From Candidatus Aenigmatarchaeota archaeon (GTDB taxonomy: Archaea; Aenigmatarchaeota; Aenigmatarchaeia; GW2011-AR5), in contig JAWCLW010000005.1 of assembly GCA_039091535.1 (NCBI GenBank), positions 1 to 52,013 on the forward strand: a DNA stretch of 52,013 bases, read 5' to 3'. Numbering within the stretch: position 1 is the first letter of the stretch; the number at the start of each line of letters is the position of its first letter. The notes under the pieces were generated by a model. It was not told the DNA's origin. It did no database searches and saw only the letters and a program-made list of their open reading frames with translations. The translations under genes and the position numbers were made by a program. Below are positions 28,972 to 40,600 of the stretch, piece by piece.

Positions 28972-30207
28972 TCACACTCTTATTACTTCATCATTATTTG
29001 GTGCAAATGCTTCTATGTTAAATTGTTTTTCTATTTCTTTAGCAAATCTATCACATTTATCTCCATGAACACATATTATCTGTTTTGGTTTTGTTTTTTT
29101 AATTATCTCTAATAAACCTGATCTATCTGTATGCGCACTTAATTCAAACTGCTGCAAATCGCAATGAACATGAAATCTTTCTTCTGCATTTTCGAATATT
29201 TTTGTTTCTATTAAATTCCTCCCAGGTGTATCCTCGACAAGAAAACCAGTAAATAATACTTTACTTTCTTGTCTCTTTTGTATCTCACGTAAATAATGAA
29301 TGGCTGGTCCACCACCAAGCATGCCAGCTGAGGATATAATAATCGGATATTTTTTTGTCACCTTTATTCTTTCTTCGTATGTTTTAACAAATTTTATTTT
29401 TCTTAAGATATTTCGCAATTCTTTTGGATTTTTAAGATATATATCATAATCTGCAATTATCTCACTAGCTTTTTTTGCAAGTCCATCCAACACTATTTTG
29501 TTTGTATAATCTTTCAATATCAATAAGACTTCTTGTGCACGACCAATGGCAAAAACAGGTATAAGTGCTATCTCATTTTTTGCTATTGTCTCTTCAACTG
29601 ATTGTACAAGTCTTTTTTCTTCTAATTCTCTTTTTGGATGATCCTTATAGCTATATGTACTTTCTATTATTAAGATATCTGCATTGTTTGGCAATTTACA
29701 CGGATTTAATAGATTACTCTCAATTGTTTGAATGTCAGCTGTATAAAATATCTTTTTTCTATTTTCTAATAGAATGCTTGCACTTCCCGGTATGTGTCCT
29801 GCATCATAAAGAGAACAACGGAATTTTCCAATATTAAATATTTCATTATAATTTACCAATTTTGTATTCTTGATAGATTTTTTTAGTTCTGATTTTGAAA
29901 ATGGTGTTCCATATCCTTGTCTCTTTGCAACTTTCATAGAATCTCTAATTAGTAGGGCTGATAATTCAAGTGTTATATCATTCATAAATATTGGTGTTTT
30001 GCCTTTTTTCTGCAATAAAGGCATCGCTCCGCTATGATCCAAGTGTGCATGTGATATAATAGCTGCATCTACTTTCTCTATTTTTGGATATTGTGGTGGT
30101 TCCGGTTGCAATTTAACACCACAATCTAGTAATATTTTTTTATCATCCTCAACAACGATAGCACTTCGGCCAACTTCATTACCCGAACCAAGAATTTTTA
30201 TGTTCAT
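28972..30207 (-). CDS. beta-CASP MBL ribonuclease (archaeal CPSF-like, no KH domains)
   Basis: EVGRS, SHAHLDH, AGHIPGS, ESTY, GRAQE, SAH, VHG. Confidence 0.9.
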   Translation of the reverse strand: MNIKILGSGNEVGRSAIVVEDDKKILLDCGVKLQPEPPQYPKIEKVDAAIISHAHLDHSGAMPLLQKKGKTPIFMNDITLELSALLIRDSMKVAKRQGYGTPFSKSELKKSIKNTKLVNYNEIFNIGKFRCSLYDAGHIPGSASILLENRKKIFYTADIQTIESNLLNPCKLPNNADILIIESTYSYKDHPKRELEEKRLVQSVEETIAKNEIALIPVFAIGRAQEVLLILKDYTNKIVLDGLAKKASEIIADYDIYLKNPKELRNILRKIKFVKTYEERIKVTKKYPIIISSAGMLGGGPAIHYLREIQKRQESKVLFTGFLVEDTPGRNLIETKIFENAEERFHVHCDLQQFELSAHTDRSGLLEIIKKTKPKQIICVHGDKCDRFAKEIEKQFNIEAFAPNNDEVIRV

Positions 30208-30321
30208 AACAACACCATAATTAATTTAATTTATTTATAAAGTCTAAAATAGATAATGGGTTGGGTTCACACTATTCCTAATTAAAACTCATATTTTTAA
30301 ATTATCAGTACATTATTATTA

Positions 30322-31413
30322 ATGAATGTGATTAATATGGATATAGAAAGAAGACTTGAATTAATAAAAAGGCCACCTACAGAGGAGATTATCACAGAAG
30401 AAGATCTTATAAATCTTTTAGAAACTAAGCAAAAGATAGTGGCTTATGATGGATTTGAACCAAGCGGATTTCTACACCTTGGAAGTGGAGTTTTAAGGGC
30501 AATAAAAATAAATGATTTGTTAGAGGCTAAAATAGATTTTATTCTCTGGATTGCTGATTGGTTTGGATATATAAACAATAAAATGGGCGGAAATTTAGAA
30601 CTTATCAAAAAAGTTGGTGAATATTTTGTTGAAGGATGGAAAGCATGTGGGGTAGATATCAAAAAGGTAAAAGTATTATGGACAAGTGATGCTGTAAAGG
30701 ATCCAAATTACTGGAAAGGGGTGATAGATGTTGCTAAAATAGTTACTGTCCAACGAACAATAAGGGCAAGTCCAATAATGGGTAGAAATGAGGCCGAGAT
30801 GAAGTATACAGCTCAATTGTTATATCCTATTATGCAAACATGGGATCCATTCTATTTTGATGCAGATATCTTACAGTTAGGAATGGATCAAAGACATGCA
30901 ACAATTCTTTCAAGAGAAATAGCATCAAAACTAGGAAAAACAACAAGGGTTTGTGTGCATCACCATTTGCTTGCTAGCTTGCAAGGATCTAAAAAAGGAA
31001 GAATGGGACAAGAAATGACTATAATAGATAATAAAATGAGCAAATCAAAACCACAAACAGCAATATTTATACATGATACAAAAGAAGAAATAGAAAATAA
31101 AATCAATAGTGCATTCTGTCCAGAAAAGGTTATAGAAGGAAATCCTATACTTGAAATTTGGAAATATATAATTCTTAGGAAGTTTGAATCAAGAACAATT
31201 AAACGTCCTGCAAAATTTGGTGGTGATATAGAGATATATAATTATGAAGAGCTTGAGAAGATGTATAGAGAAGGAAAATTACACCCACTTGATTTGAAGA
31301 AAGAAACCTCTTCAGCAATAGATGAAATATTAAAACCTGTTAGAAAACATTTTGAGAGGGGCAAAGCCAAAAAACTTTATGAAATTATAAAAAATGCTCA
31401 AATAACAAGATAA
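30322..31413 (+). CDS. tyrS: Tyrosine--tRNA ligase (archaeal type)
   Basis: YDGFEPSG.LHLG, YPIMQ, GMDQ, KMSKS, LHPLDLK. Confidence 0.95.
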   Translation: MNVINMDIERRLELIKRPPTEEIITEEDLINLLETKQKIVAYDGFEPSGFLHLGSGVLRAIKINDLLEAKIDFILWIADWFGYINNKMGGNLELIKKVGEYFVEGWKACGVDIKKVKVLWTSDAVKDPNYWKGVIDVAKIVTVQRTIRASPIMGRNEAEMKYTAQLLYPIMQTWDPFYFDADILQLGMDQRHATILSREIASKLGKTTRVCVHHHLLASLQGSKKGRMGQEMTIIDNKMSKSKPQTAIFIHDTKEEIENKINSAFCPEKVIEGNPILEIWKYIILRKFESRTIKRPAKFGGDIEIYNYEELEKMYREGKLHPLDLKKETSSAIDEILKPVRKHFERGKAKKLYEIIKNAQITR

Positions 31414-31725
31414 TTATTCGAATTTATATAAATATTTCTTTAAATCAATTTTATTGTTATTAATTTCTATCCCATTTTTCCTTAATAATAATATTTTTTT
31501 GTTAATCTCCTTTCCATTAGTCTTACCACAGTATCCACCAATACTTCCATCAGATTTTATAACTTTGAAGCATGGATATTTTTCTAATTGTTTATTATTT
31601 TTCATGATCTGACCAACAACACGTGGTGATGTATTTACATTTTTTGCCAATTCTTTATATGTTGTGACTTTACCTTTTGGTATTTTTCTTAATAAACACA
31701 AGACAATTTCTTTTTTATTTTTCAT
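31414..31725 (-). CDS. MGMT/Ogt-family alkyltransferase (DNA-binding domain only)
   Basis: IPKGKVTTYKELA, PRVVG, PCFKV (variant of PCHRV). Confidence 0.85.
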   Translation of the reverse strand: MKNKKEIVLCLLRKIPKGKVTTYKELAKNVNTSPRVVGQIMKNNKQLEKYPCFKVIKSDGSIGGYCGKTNGKEINKKILLLRKNGIEINNNKIDLKKYLYKFE

Positions 31726-31791
31726 GATATTAAAAATAAATCATTAGCTTTTAAAAGATAAGAGAATTAGATTTAGGTATTGTGGTTAAAT

Positions 31792-33075
31792 ATGCTTGAT
31801 ATAAAGTTAGTAAGAGAGAATCCGAACCTTATTGAAGAAAATCTAAAAAAAAGGAATGATTTGGAGAAGATAAAATTATTACATGAATTGATAGAATTAG
31901 ATAAAGAAAGAAGAACGCTTATTCAAAAAACAGAGAAACTAAAGCAAAAAAGAAATATTTTGACAAAAGAAATATCTGAATTAAAGACAAAGGGAAAAAG
32001 TGTGACGTCAAAATTAAAAGAAGTCAAAGGTATTCCAGAAAAGATAAAAATGCTTGATGCTGAATTAGAAAAACTTAATAAAGATTGTAATTCAATCTTG
32101 ATGAAGTTACCGAATATTCTGCATGAGAGTGTACCAATAGGAAAAGATGAGACAGAAAACAAAGAAATTCGTAGATGGGGACGACCACCAAAATTTGATT
32201 TTAAGCCAAAAAATCATTTGGAAATATTATTAGATTTAGGTCTTATTGATGAGGAAAGAGCAAACAAAGTTGCTGGTGCAGGTTTTTTTTATCTTAAAGA
32301 AGAATTAGTTCTTTTGGATTTAGCTATACAAAGATTTGCAATAGATTTTCTTAGAAAATGTGGATACATACTAATAGAACCACCTTTTATGATTAGAAGA
32401 AAACCATATGAGGGTGTTATAGATTTGACAGATTTCGAAATGGTTATATATAAAATCGAAGGTGAAGATTGGTATCTTATCGCTACATCAGAGCATCCTA
32501 TGGCTGCGATGTTCATGAATGAAACACTTGAAAAAAAAGATTTGCCGATAAAAATGGTCGGTGTTAGTCCATGCTTTCGTAAGGAGATAGGTACACATGG
32601 GAAATACACAAAGGGTTTATTTAGAATGCGTCAATTTAATAAAGTAGAACAATTTATTTTATGTCTTCCAGAACAATCATGGAAAATGCATGAAGAATTG
32701 CAGAAAAATTGTGAAGATTTATACAAGGCATTGGGCTTGCATTATCGTGTTGTTAATGTTTGTACTGGTGATATAGGTTCTATAGCTGCCAAAAAATATG
32801 ATACAGAGGTTTGGATGGCCGATGGTAAATTCCGGGAGAGTGGTTCCAATTCAAATTGCACAGATTATCAAGCAAGGAGGCTTAATATAAAATATAGAGA
32901 AAAAGAAGGATCACCACCAATTGGCTTTGTACATACACTTAATAGTACTGCATTAGCAACAAGTAGGACAATGATTGCAATCATCGAACAATTTCAACAA
33001 AAAGATGGTTCTGTGTTAATACCAAAAGTGCTTCGACCATATATGGATGGAATAAAAAAATTAGAAAAGAAATAA
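31792..33075 (+). CDS. serS: Serine--tRNA ligase
   Basis: MLDIKLVREN, ATSEH, CFRKE, QFNKVEQ, SNCTDYQARR, HTLN. Confidence 0.96.
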   Translation: MLDIKLVRENPNLIEENLKKRNDLEKIKLLHELIELDKERRTLIQKTEKLKQKRNILTKEISELKTKGKSVTSKLKEVKGIPEKIKMLDAELEKLNKDCNSILMKLPNILHESVPIGKDETENKEIRRWGRPPKFDFKPKNHLEILLDLGLIDEERANKVAGAGFFYLKEELVLLDLAIQRFAIDFLRKCGYILIEPPFMIRRKPYEGVIDLTDFEMVIYKIEGEDWYLIATSEHPMAAMFMNETLEKKDLPIKMVGVSPCFRKEIGTHGKYTKGLFRMRQFNKVEQFILCLPEQSWKMHEELQKNCEDLYKALGLHYRVVNVCTGDIGSIAAKKYDTEVWMADGKFRESGSNSNCTDYQARRLNIKYREKEGSPPIGFVHTLNSTALATSRTMIAIIEQFQQKDGSVLIPKVLRPYMDGIKKLEKK

Positions 33076-33141
33076 TTTTTCTAAAAATTTAAAATTTTAT
33101 TTTATATATGAAAAAAATTAATATGATTGGTGATGTGAACA

Positions 33142-35331
33142 ATGTCTTATACATTAATAATAAGTGAAAAACCAAGCGCGGCGAAATCTATTGCTGAAGC
33201 ATTAGCCGATGATAAACCAAAAAAGATAGGTGAGAAAATTTATTATTTTGAATTCGAGAAAGATGGCAAAAAATTTATTGTTGCCCCAGCTGTTGGTCAT
33301 CTTTTTACATTAAAACAAAGTGATAAAGGTTGGTATTATCCTGTCTTTAATGTTGAGTGGGTTCCATCGTATAGGGCAAATGCGATGTCAAAATTCTCTG
33401 AACCTTATTTAAGAAATATAGAAGAACTTGCAAAAGATGCAGATGATGTTATAATCGCAACCGATTACGATGATGAAGGTGAAGTTATTGGTTATAACAT
33501 TCTTAGATTTATTTTTGGTAAAAATGATGCCTCAAGAATGAAATTTTCAACAATGACAAAGGAGGAACTGATTGAGAGTTATGAACATATGATAAAAATG
33601 AATAAAAATCTTATAGAGTCTGGTCTTGCAAGGCATTATTTAGATTTCTACTGGGGTATATCATTAACAAGAGCATTAACGCTTGCTGTAAAATCGGTAA
33701 ATAAGAGATTTAGGATTTTGTCCACCGGAAGGGTTCAGGGTCCTGTTTTGCATATGCTTTCGAAACATGAAAAGAAGATAAGAGCATTCAAACCAAAACC
33801 TTTCTGGGAAATAGAACTAGAAGTTCAAATTGGTAAACAAATATTAAAGGCAACATATGAAAAAGACAAAATCTGGGATAAAAATGAAGCAGATAAAATT
33901 TTACAAAAAGCAAAAACAAAAGAAGCAGTCGTAAAGGACATAAAGAAAAAATTAATTACTCAAAAGCCTCCGATACCTTATAATACAACAGCATTTCTTG
34001 CTGATGTTTATAGATACTTTGGTTATTCACCACAACAAGGGTTAAATATTGCTGAATCTTTATATCAAGCAGGTCTAATATCATATCCAAGAACAAATAG
34101 TCAACAACTACCTCCTGATATAAATTACAAAAAAATATTGTCAAACCTATCAAAACAGAAAAATTATGAAAAGGATTGTAAATTCTTATTAGATAAAAAA
34201 GAACTAAAACCAACAGAGGGAAAGGCAACATCAGCCGCTCACCCTGCTATATACCCGACAGGTGTTTATAAGAAACTTAACGACAAGCAGCAGAAGGTCT
34301 ACGATTTAGTTGTTAGAAGATTTCTTGCAGTTTTTGGAGACCCAGCAAAACGCGAATCTCAAAAACTAAAATTAGATTCTAATGGTATGATATTTTATCT
34401 ACATGGAACAAAAACGATTGATCCTGGTTGGACCACACTATATGGAAAATATGCTATGCGCGATGAAGTTATTTTGCCAGAGATAAAAGTTGGTGATAAA
34501 TTACCTGTAAAAAATGTTTTGCAGATTGCTAAAGAAACATCACCACCACCAAGATATTCACAGGGCTCTGTTCTGAAGGAAATGGAGGCAAAAGGCTTAG
34601 GAACCCAAGCAACAAGGGCGCAGATTTTACAAATTTTGTATAATCGTGGTTATCTTATTGGAAAAAGCATTGAAGTTACTGAATTGGGAATGAATTTATC
34701 TGATATATTAGAGAAAAATGTCCCAGATGTTATTTCAGAAAAATTAACAAGACACTTTGAGGAAATGACCGATGCAATTGAACAAGGTAAATTAAAGCGT
34801 GATGATGTTTTGGAAGAGGCAAAAAATAAGATAAAAAAAATATGTGATGAATTTAGAAAAAAGGAAAAGAAGATAGGAGAAGAATTAACAAATGCAGTTA
34901 TAGCAACACAAGACAAACAGTCAATACTTGGAAAATGCCCAAAATGTGGTGGAATATTACGTGTACATAAAAATTGGCATACGGGAAAAAGATTTGTTGG
35001 TTGTAGCGGTTATAAAAAAGGATGTAATGTAGGGTTTCCATTGCCGAAAGATGGTCTAATAATGTCCACAGAAAAGGTATGTGAGGAGTGCAAAACACCA
35101 ATAATCCAGGTACAACAACAAGGAAGAAGACCATTCAGAATGTGCTTGGACGTTAATTGTCTAACAAAAAAAGATTGGCTTGATAAAAATAAATTAAAGG
35201 AAGCACAAATGCAAAGCAAAAAAACTAGCAAAGAAGCAGAGAAAAATAGATGTGATATATGCGGAAAATTGATGAAATCTAAGCGTGCATTAACTCTACA
35301 TAAGAAAATGCATAATAAAGAAGAAAAATAA
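33142..35331 (+). CDS. topA: DNA topoisomerase I (type IA) with C-terminal Zn ribbons and a C2H2 finger
   Basis: EKPS, ATDYDDEGE, GRVQ, ISYPRT (catalytic Tyr), GT.ATR, CPKC... Confidence 0.95.
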   Translation: MSYTLIISEKPSAAKSIAEALADDKPKKIGEKIYYFEFEKDGKKFIVAPAVGHLFTLKQSDKGWYYPVFNVEWVPSYRANAMSKFSEPYLRNIEELAKDADDVIIATDYDDEGEVIGYNILRFIFGKNDASRMKFSTMTKEELIESYEHMIKMNKNLIESGLARHYLDFYWGISLTRALTLAVKSVNKRFRILSTGRVQGPVLHMLSKHEKKIRAFKPKPFWEIELEVQIGKQILKATYEKDKIWDKNEADKILQKAKTKEAVVKDIKKKLITQKPPIPYNTTAFLADVYRYFGYSPQQGLNIAESLYQAGLISYPRTNSQQLPPDINYKKILSNLSKQKNYEKDCKFLLDKKELKPTEGKATSAAHPAIYPTGVYKKLNDKQQKVYDLVVRRFLAVFGDPAKRESQKLKLDSNGMIFYLHGTKTIDPGWTTLYGKYAMRDEVILPEIKVGDKLPVKNVLQIAKETSPPPRYSQGSVLKEMEAKGLGTQATRAQILQILYNRGYLIGKSIEVTELGMNLSDILEKNVPDVISEKLTRHFEEMTDAIEQGKLKRDDVLEEAKNKIKKICDEFRKKEKKIGEELTNAVIATQDKQSILGKCPKCGGILRVHKNWHTGKRFVGCSGYKKGCNVGFPLPKDGLIMSTEKVCEECKTPIIQVQQQGRRPFRMCLDVNCLTKKDWLDKNKLKEAQMQSKKTSKEAEKNRCDICGKLMKSKRALTLHKKMHNKEEK

Positions 35332-35373
35332 GAAGCAGATTTTAATAATTTTTATTCTATATTTAATTTTAAT

Positions 35374-36111
35374 ATGAAGGTAATAATTTTATTTTTGATT
35401 ATTTTATTGCTTTCTGGATGCGTTCAACAAAGTCAAACAAGTGAAATCATGAATGAATTGAAATTAGATAATGTTACAATAAAATGGCTTGGGCATGCTA
35501 GCCTTGAGATAGTTGGAACAAAAATAATTTATATTGACCCATTTGTTCTACCAGAAAATCCTGAAAAAGCAGATTATATCTTAATTACGCATGACCATTT
35601 TGATCATTGCGCTATTGATAATATCAATAAAATACAAAAAAACGAAACAAGAATCATAGGAACAATAGATTGTATAAAGAAATTAAGCGGTAAAATAAAT
35701 TCTATAAAGGCTAATGAATTCTTCAATTATCCAGATGGTGTAAGAATTGATGCAATTGAAGCATATAACATAAATAAAACATATCATCCAAAAGATTTTG
35801 GCATCGGTTTTATAATAACAATTGATAACAAAATAATATATCACGCGGGAGACACGGACAAAATACCAGAGATGGAAAATTTAAAAAATATGAACATAGA
35901 TGTTGCATTGCTTCCAATTGGTGGAAAATATACAATGAATGTTGAGGAAGCAGCAGAGGCGGCCAAAATGTTTAATCCAAAGATTGTCATCCCAATGCAT
36001 TATAATTCTGATAAATATGGAATTGATGGAATAGATGCTAATCCAGAAAAATTAAAAGAATTGTTAAAAGATACAAATATAGAAGTTAAAATATTGAAAC
36101 CGGTTGTGTAA
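35374..36111 (+). CDS. MBL-fold hydrolase with lipoprotein-type signal
   Basis: Hydrophobic N-terminus ending LLSGC; WLGHAS, THDHFDH, YHAGDT, IPMHY. Confidence 0.88.
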   Translation: MKVIILFLIILLLSGCVQQSQTSEIMNELKLDNVTIKWLGHASLEIVGTKIIYIDPFVLPENPEKADYILITHDHFDHCAIDNINKIQKNETRIIGTIDCIKKLSGKINSIKANEFFNYPDGVRIDAIEAYNINKTYHPKDFGIGFIITIDNKIIYHAGDTDKIPEMENLKNMNIDVALLPIGGKYTMNVEEAAEAAKMFNPKIVIPMHYNSDKYGIDGIDANPEKLKELLKDTNIEVKILKPVV

Positions 36112-36113
36112 AT

Positions 36114-36416
36114 ATGAGACTACTTTTAATATTAGAAACCTTAAAAGACTGCATATATGATTTAAAAATATTTTCATAAAATACAAGGATTTGTTTATAG
36201 TTTGCTAAAAGAACTGATTACAGAATTCTTCATGACAAAAAAAGGCTATAAATTCTTCTGTTTTCCTAACATCTTTCCAATGGGCGATATAAAAAAATGT
36301 GACAATGAAATTTGCTAATTTCTTCACCTGATAAAGTGCTAATAAAATTTTTAGAGGAAAAACAAAATGAGCGCATAAACAAACAAAAGCTAATAAATAT
36401 TTTAGAATCAGACTAA
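36114..36416 (+). pseudogene. cas6: CRISPR endoribonuclease Cas6, frameshifted N-terminal remnant
   Basis: Joined frames read MRLLLILE...YFHKIQGFVYSLLKE..ILHDKKGYKFFCF.NIFP...LLISSPD, the Cas6 N-terminal signature. At least three frameshifts; C-terminal half absent. Confidence 0.8.
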
Positions 36417-36530
36417 ATGTGTCATTAATAAATTTTATATTCTATGAGTGAGCAGTAAAAAATTTAAATCTTTGGCTATATATTTAGAGAGGGTTTGCTA
36501 CTTCTCCTCCAAAAATAAAAGAGGGAGTTT

Positions 36531-37619
36531 ATGGAAGTAAAAAACTTGAGAAAAGCGTATCTAATTCTAGAGGATGGATCTATTTTTTCTGGTTTTGGGT
36601 TTGGTGCAGAAAAAACAGTATCAGGTGAGGTTGTTTTCAATACAGGCATGGTCGGTTATACAGAAGCAATAACAGATCCATCATACAAAGGACAGATACT
36701 CTGCCAAACATATCCAATGATAGGAAATTATGGTGTCTCACCTGAAGATTTTGAGTCAGATAATATAAAAATAGAAGGATATATTGTCAGAGAAGTCTGT
36801 GAAAAGCCAAATCACTGGAAAAATAACATAACATTATATGAATTTTTAATGAAAAATGATGTTCCTGGAATTTATGGTATAGACACAAGAATGCTCACAA
36901 AAAAACTTAGAAGTAAAGGAGTTATGCTTGGAATTTTAACAAATTTTGAAGATAAGGAAATACTTATGAAGAAATTATCAAAAATAGAAGACCCAAATAA
37001 AAGAGACCTTGTGAGAGAGGTAACAATAAATAAACCAATAATTTATGATGGTTGTGAAAAAACAATTGTTGTAATAGATTGTGGTGTTAAGCTAAGTATA
37101 ATAAAATCATTAATAAAAAGAAAAAGTAATGTTATTAGGGTTCCAGCATTTTTTACAGCAGACGAAATAATGAGATTTAATCCAGATGGCATTATTATCT
37201 CAAATGGTCCAGGTGACCCAAAAAAGATAGAATATGTTATAAATTCTGTTAGAGACTTAACTGAATATAAAATTCCAATAATGGGAATATGTTTAGGAAA
37301 TCAGATAATTGCATTAGCTTTTGGTGGAGATACATATAAGTTAAAGTTTGGTCACAGAGGCCAGAATCATCCATGTATGGACTTAAGAACAAAAAAATGT
37401 TATATAACAACACAAAATCATGGGTTTACTATAAACTCAAAATCTCTTAATGAATTAGAAATAAGTTTTGTTAACCTAAATGATATGACAATAGAAGGTG
37501 TGCAGCACAAAAAATTTCCAATATTTGGAGTTCAATTTCATCCAGAAGGAGCACCCGGGCCATATGATACAGAATTTCTTTTTGATAAATTCATGAAAAT
37601 GATTGTTTATGCCAAATAA
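36531..37619 (+). CDS. carA: Carbamoyl-phosphate synthase small subunit
   Basis: GEVVFNTGMVGY, SNGPGDP, GICLG, QNHG, QFHPE. Confidence 0.97.
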   Translation: MEVKNLRKAYLILEDGSIFSGFGFGAEKTVSGEVVFNTGMVGYTEAITDPSYKGQILCQTYPMIGNYGVSPEDFESDNIKIEGYIVREVCEKPNHWKNNITLYEFLMKNDVPGIYGIDTRMLTKKLRSKGVMLGILTNFEDKEILMKKLSKIEDPNKRDLVREVTINKPIIYDGCEKTIVVIDCGVKLSIIKSLIKRKSNVIRVPAFFTADEIMRFNPDGIIISNGPGDPKKIEYVINSVRDLTEYKIPIMGICLGNQIIALAFGGDTYKLKFGHRGQNHPCMDLRTKKCYITTQNHGFTINSKSLNELEISFVNLNDMTIEGVQHKKFPIFGVQFHPEGAPGPYDTEFLFDKFMKMIVYAK

Positions 37620-40600
37620 AATAAGAAAGATTATGATAATTGGTAGTGGTGCTATAAAGATAGGAGAAGCTGGTGAATTTGACTATTCTGGCGCCCAAGC
37701 AATTAAAGCCTTAAAAGAAGAAAAAATAGAAACAATTTTGATAAATCCAAATATAGCAACAATACAGACAGACACAAACTTCGCAAACAAGGTTTATTTT
37801 ATTCCAATAAATGTCGATTTTGTAGAGGATGTTATAGCTAAAGAAAGACCAGATGGTATTTTACTTGGTTTTGGTGGTCAGACAGCTCTTAACTGTGGTG
37901 TTGATTTATATGAGCATGGTATTCTTGAAAAATATGGTATTCGTGTTCTTGGAACAAGTATAGAATCAATAAGAACTGCTGAAAACAGGGAGTTGTTTAG
38001 GAAATTAATGCTTGACAATAACATACCAATACCAAAGAGTGATAAGGCGAATAGTATAGAAGAAGCTATAGAAATTGCAGAAAAAATAGGATATCCAGTA
38101 ATGATAAGGGTTTCTTACACACTCGGTGGACAAGGTACAGGCGTAGCTTATAATAAAAATGAATTGATAAAGATAGCATCACGTGGACTTGTTCAAAGTA
38201 AAATAAAACAAATTTTAATTGAAGAATATTTGGGTGGTTGGAAGGAAATTGAATACGAAGTTATGCGGGATTGCAAGGATAATTGTATAATAGTTTGTAA
38301 TATGGAAAATTTTGACCCACTGGGAATTCATACTGGTGATAGTATTGTTGTAGCTCCATCGCAAACACTTAACAACAAGGAATACAATATCCTGAGGACA
38401 ATGAGTATAAACATTATAAAAGCACTTGGTATTGTGGGTGAATGCAACATACAATACGCCATTAAAGAGGATGAGATACGCGTAATAGAGGTCAATCCAC
38501 GTTTATCAAGAAGCTCTGCACTTGCAAGCAAGGCAACGGGCTATCCGATAGCATACATCGCTACAAAACTTGCCCTTGGATATACATTACCAGAATTAAT
38601 TAATAAATTAACAGGTGTTACAAAAACTTTCTTTGAACCTTCATTAGATTATATTGTTGTGAAAATACCAAGATGGGATTTTCAGAAGTTTAAACGAATA
38701 GAAAGAAGGATTGGTACACAGATGAAGTCAATTGGGGAAGTTATGGCTATAGGTCGATGCTTTGAAGAAGCTCTTCAAAAAGCAATAAGAATGCTTGATA
38801 TAGGAAGAGAATTAACTGATGAAATAGATGGAGATAAGGAAAAAATTATTTCCGAACTTAAAAATCCAACAGATCTTAGGATTTTTTATATTGTAAAAGC
38901 TTTGCATTTTATGGATGTAGATAAAATATCAGAAATAACAAATATAGACAAATTTTTTTTATATAAAATAAAAAACATAATTGATTTAGAAGATGAAATG
39001 AGAAATAGTGAATTTAATGAGATCATTTTAAAGAAGGCTAAGAAGTTAGGGTTTTCTGATAAAAAGATTTCTGAATGCGTTGGAAAAAGTGAATCTGAAA
39101 TCAGAAAAATTAGAAAAGATTATGGTATAGTACCTGTTGTAAAACAAATCGATACACTTGCAGCGGAATGGCCAGCTATTACAAATTATCTCTATCTCAC
39201 ATACGACGAAGAAGATGATATCAGAAAAAACAATAAAAGAAAAATAATTGTTTTAGGCTCTGGTTGTTATAGGATTGGTTCAAGTGTTGAATTTGACTGG
39301 TGTTGTGTAAACATGGCCCTTGCTTTGAAGAAACATGCTGATGAAATAATAATGATAAACTATAATCCAGAAACAGTTTCTACTGATTACGATGTTTTTG
39401 ATAAATTATATTTTGAAGAACTAACATTAGAAAGAATATTAGATATAATTGAAAAAGAAAAACCAATTGGTGTTGTTGTTAGTGTTGGTGGACAGATACC
39501 AAATAGTTTGGCATTAAAGTTAGATAGAAATGGTGTGAAATTGTTAGGAACAACTGCTGAAAATATAGATAAAGCAGAAGATAGATCAAAGTTTTCTATA
39601 CTACTTGATAATTTAGGAATAAAACAACCTTTGTGGAGCAAGTTCGAAGATGTAAATAATGCAAAGAAATTTGCAAATCAGATTGGATATCCTGTTTTGA
39701 TAAGACCATCTTATGTGCTGTCAGGTTCTGCTATGAATATTGCATTTGATGACAAAGAATTGGAAAGCTATATAAAAATAGCAACGCACATTTCAAAAGA
39801 ATATCCTGTTGTGATTTCTAAATTTATCACCGATGCAAAAGAAATTGAGGTTGATGGTGTTTGCGATGGTAGACATGTTTTTCTTGGGGCTATAATTGAA
39901 CACATCGAGAACGCAGGTGTTCATTCTGGCGATGCTACAATGTCTATACCACCATTTAGTGTGCCATTAGAAATACAAGAAAAAATCAAGGATTATGCAA
40001 AAAAGATTGCGATTGCTCTTTGTATAAAAGGTCCATTTAATATTCAGTTTTTATTAAAGGATAATGAGCTATATGTAATTGAATGTAATTTGCGCGCTTC
40101 AAGGACCATGCCTTTTGTCTCAAAAACAATTGGCATAAATATGATGAAGCTTGCCGCAAAAGCAATGTTTTCTTCTATAAAAGATGGCTGTGGCACTCCA
40201 AAGAATTTTGGTATTAAGGCTCCACAATTTTCATTCACACGTTTGACTGGAGCAGATCCTATTACAGGTGTAGAGATGGTATCAACAGGTGAGGTTGCAT
40301 GCTTTGATGAAAGTTTTGAAAAAGCTTTTCTAAAGGCTCTTATGGCAACCTCTTTTAATATTCCAAAAAAAGATGATTCTATTTTAATAACAGTTGGTAT
40401 GCAAAAAGAAAAAATAATCCCAATAAGTAAAAAACTAAGTAAAAAATTTATAATATATGCTACAGAGCATACAGCTGAAGTTTTAAAAAAGAATAAAATA
40501 AAATGTAATGTTCTTTATAAAGCGAGTGAGAACAAAAAACCAAATATACTAGATTATCTAATTAATGGAAAAATAAAATTAATAATAAGCATACCAAGTT

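Noticed and set aside
36112-36530. CRISPR array near cas6
   Set aside because: No regularly spaced repeats here or elsewhere in the window.
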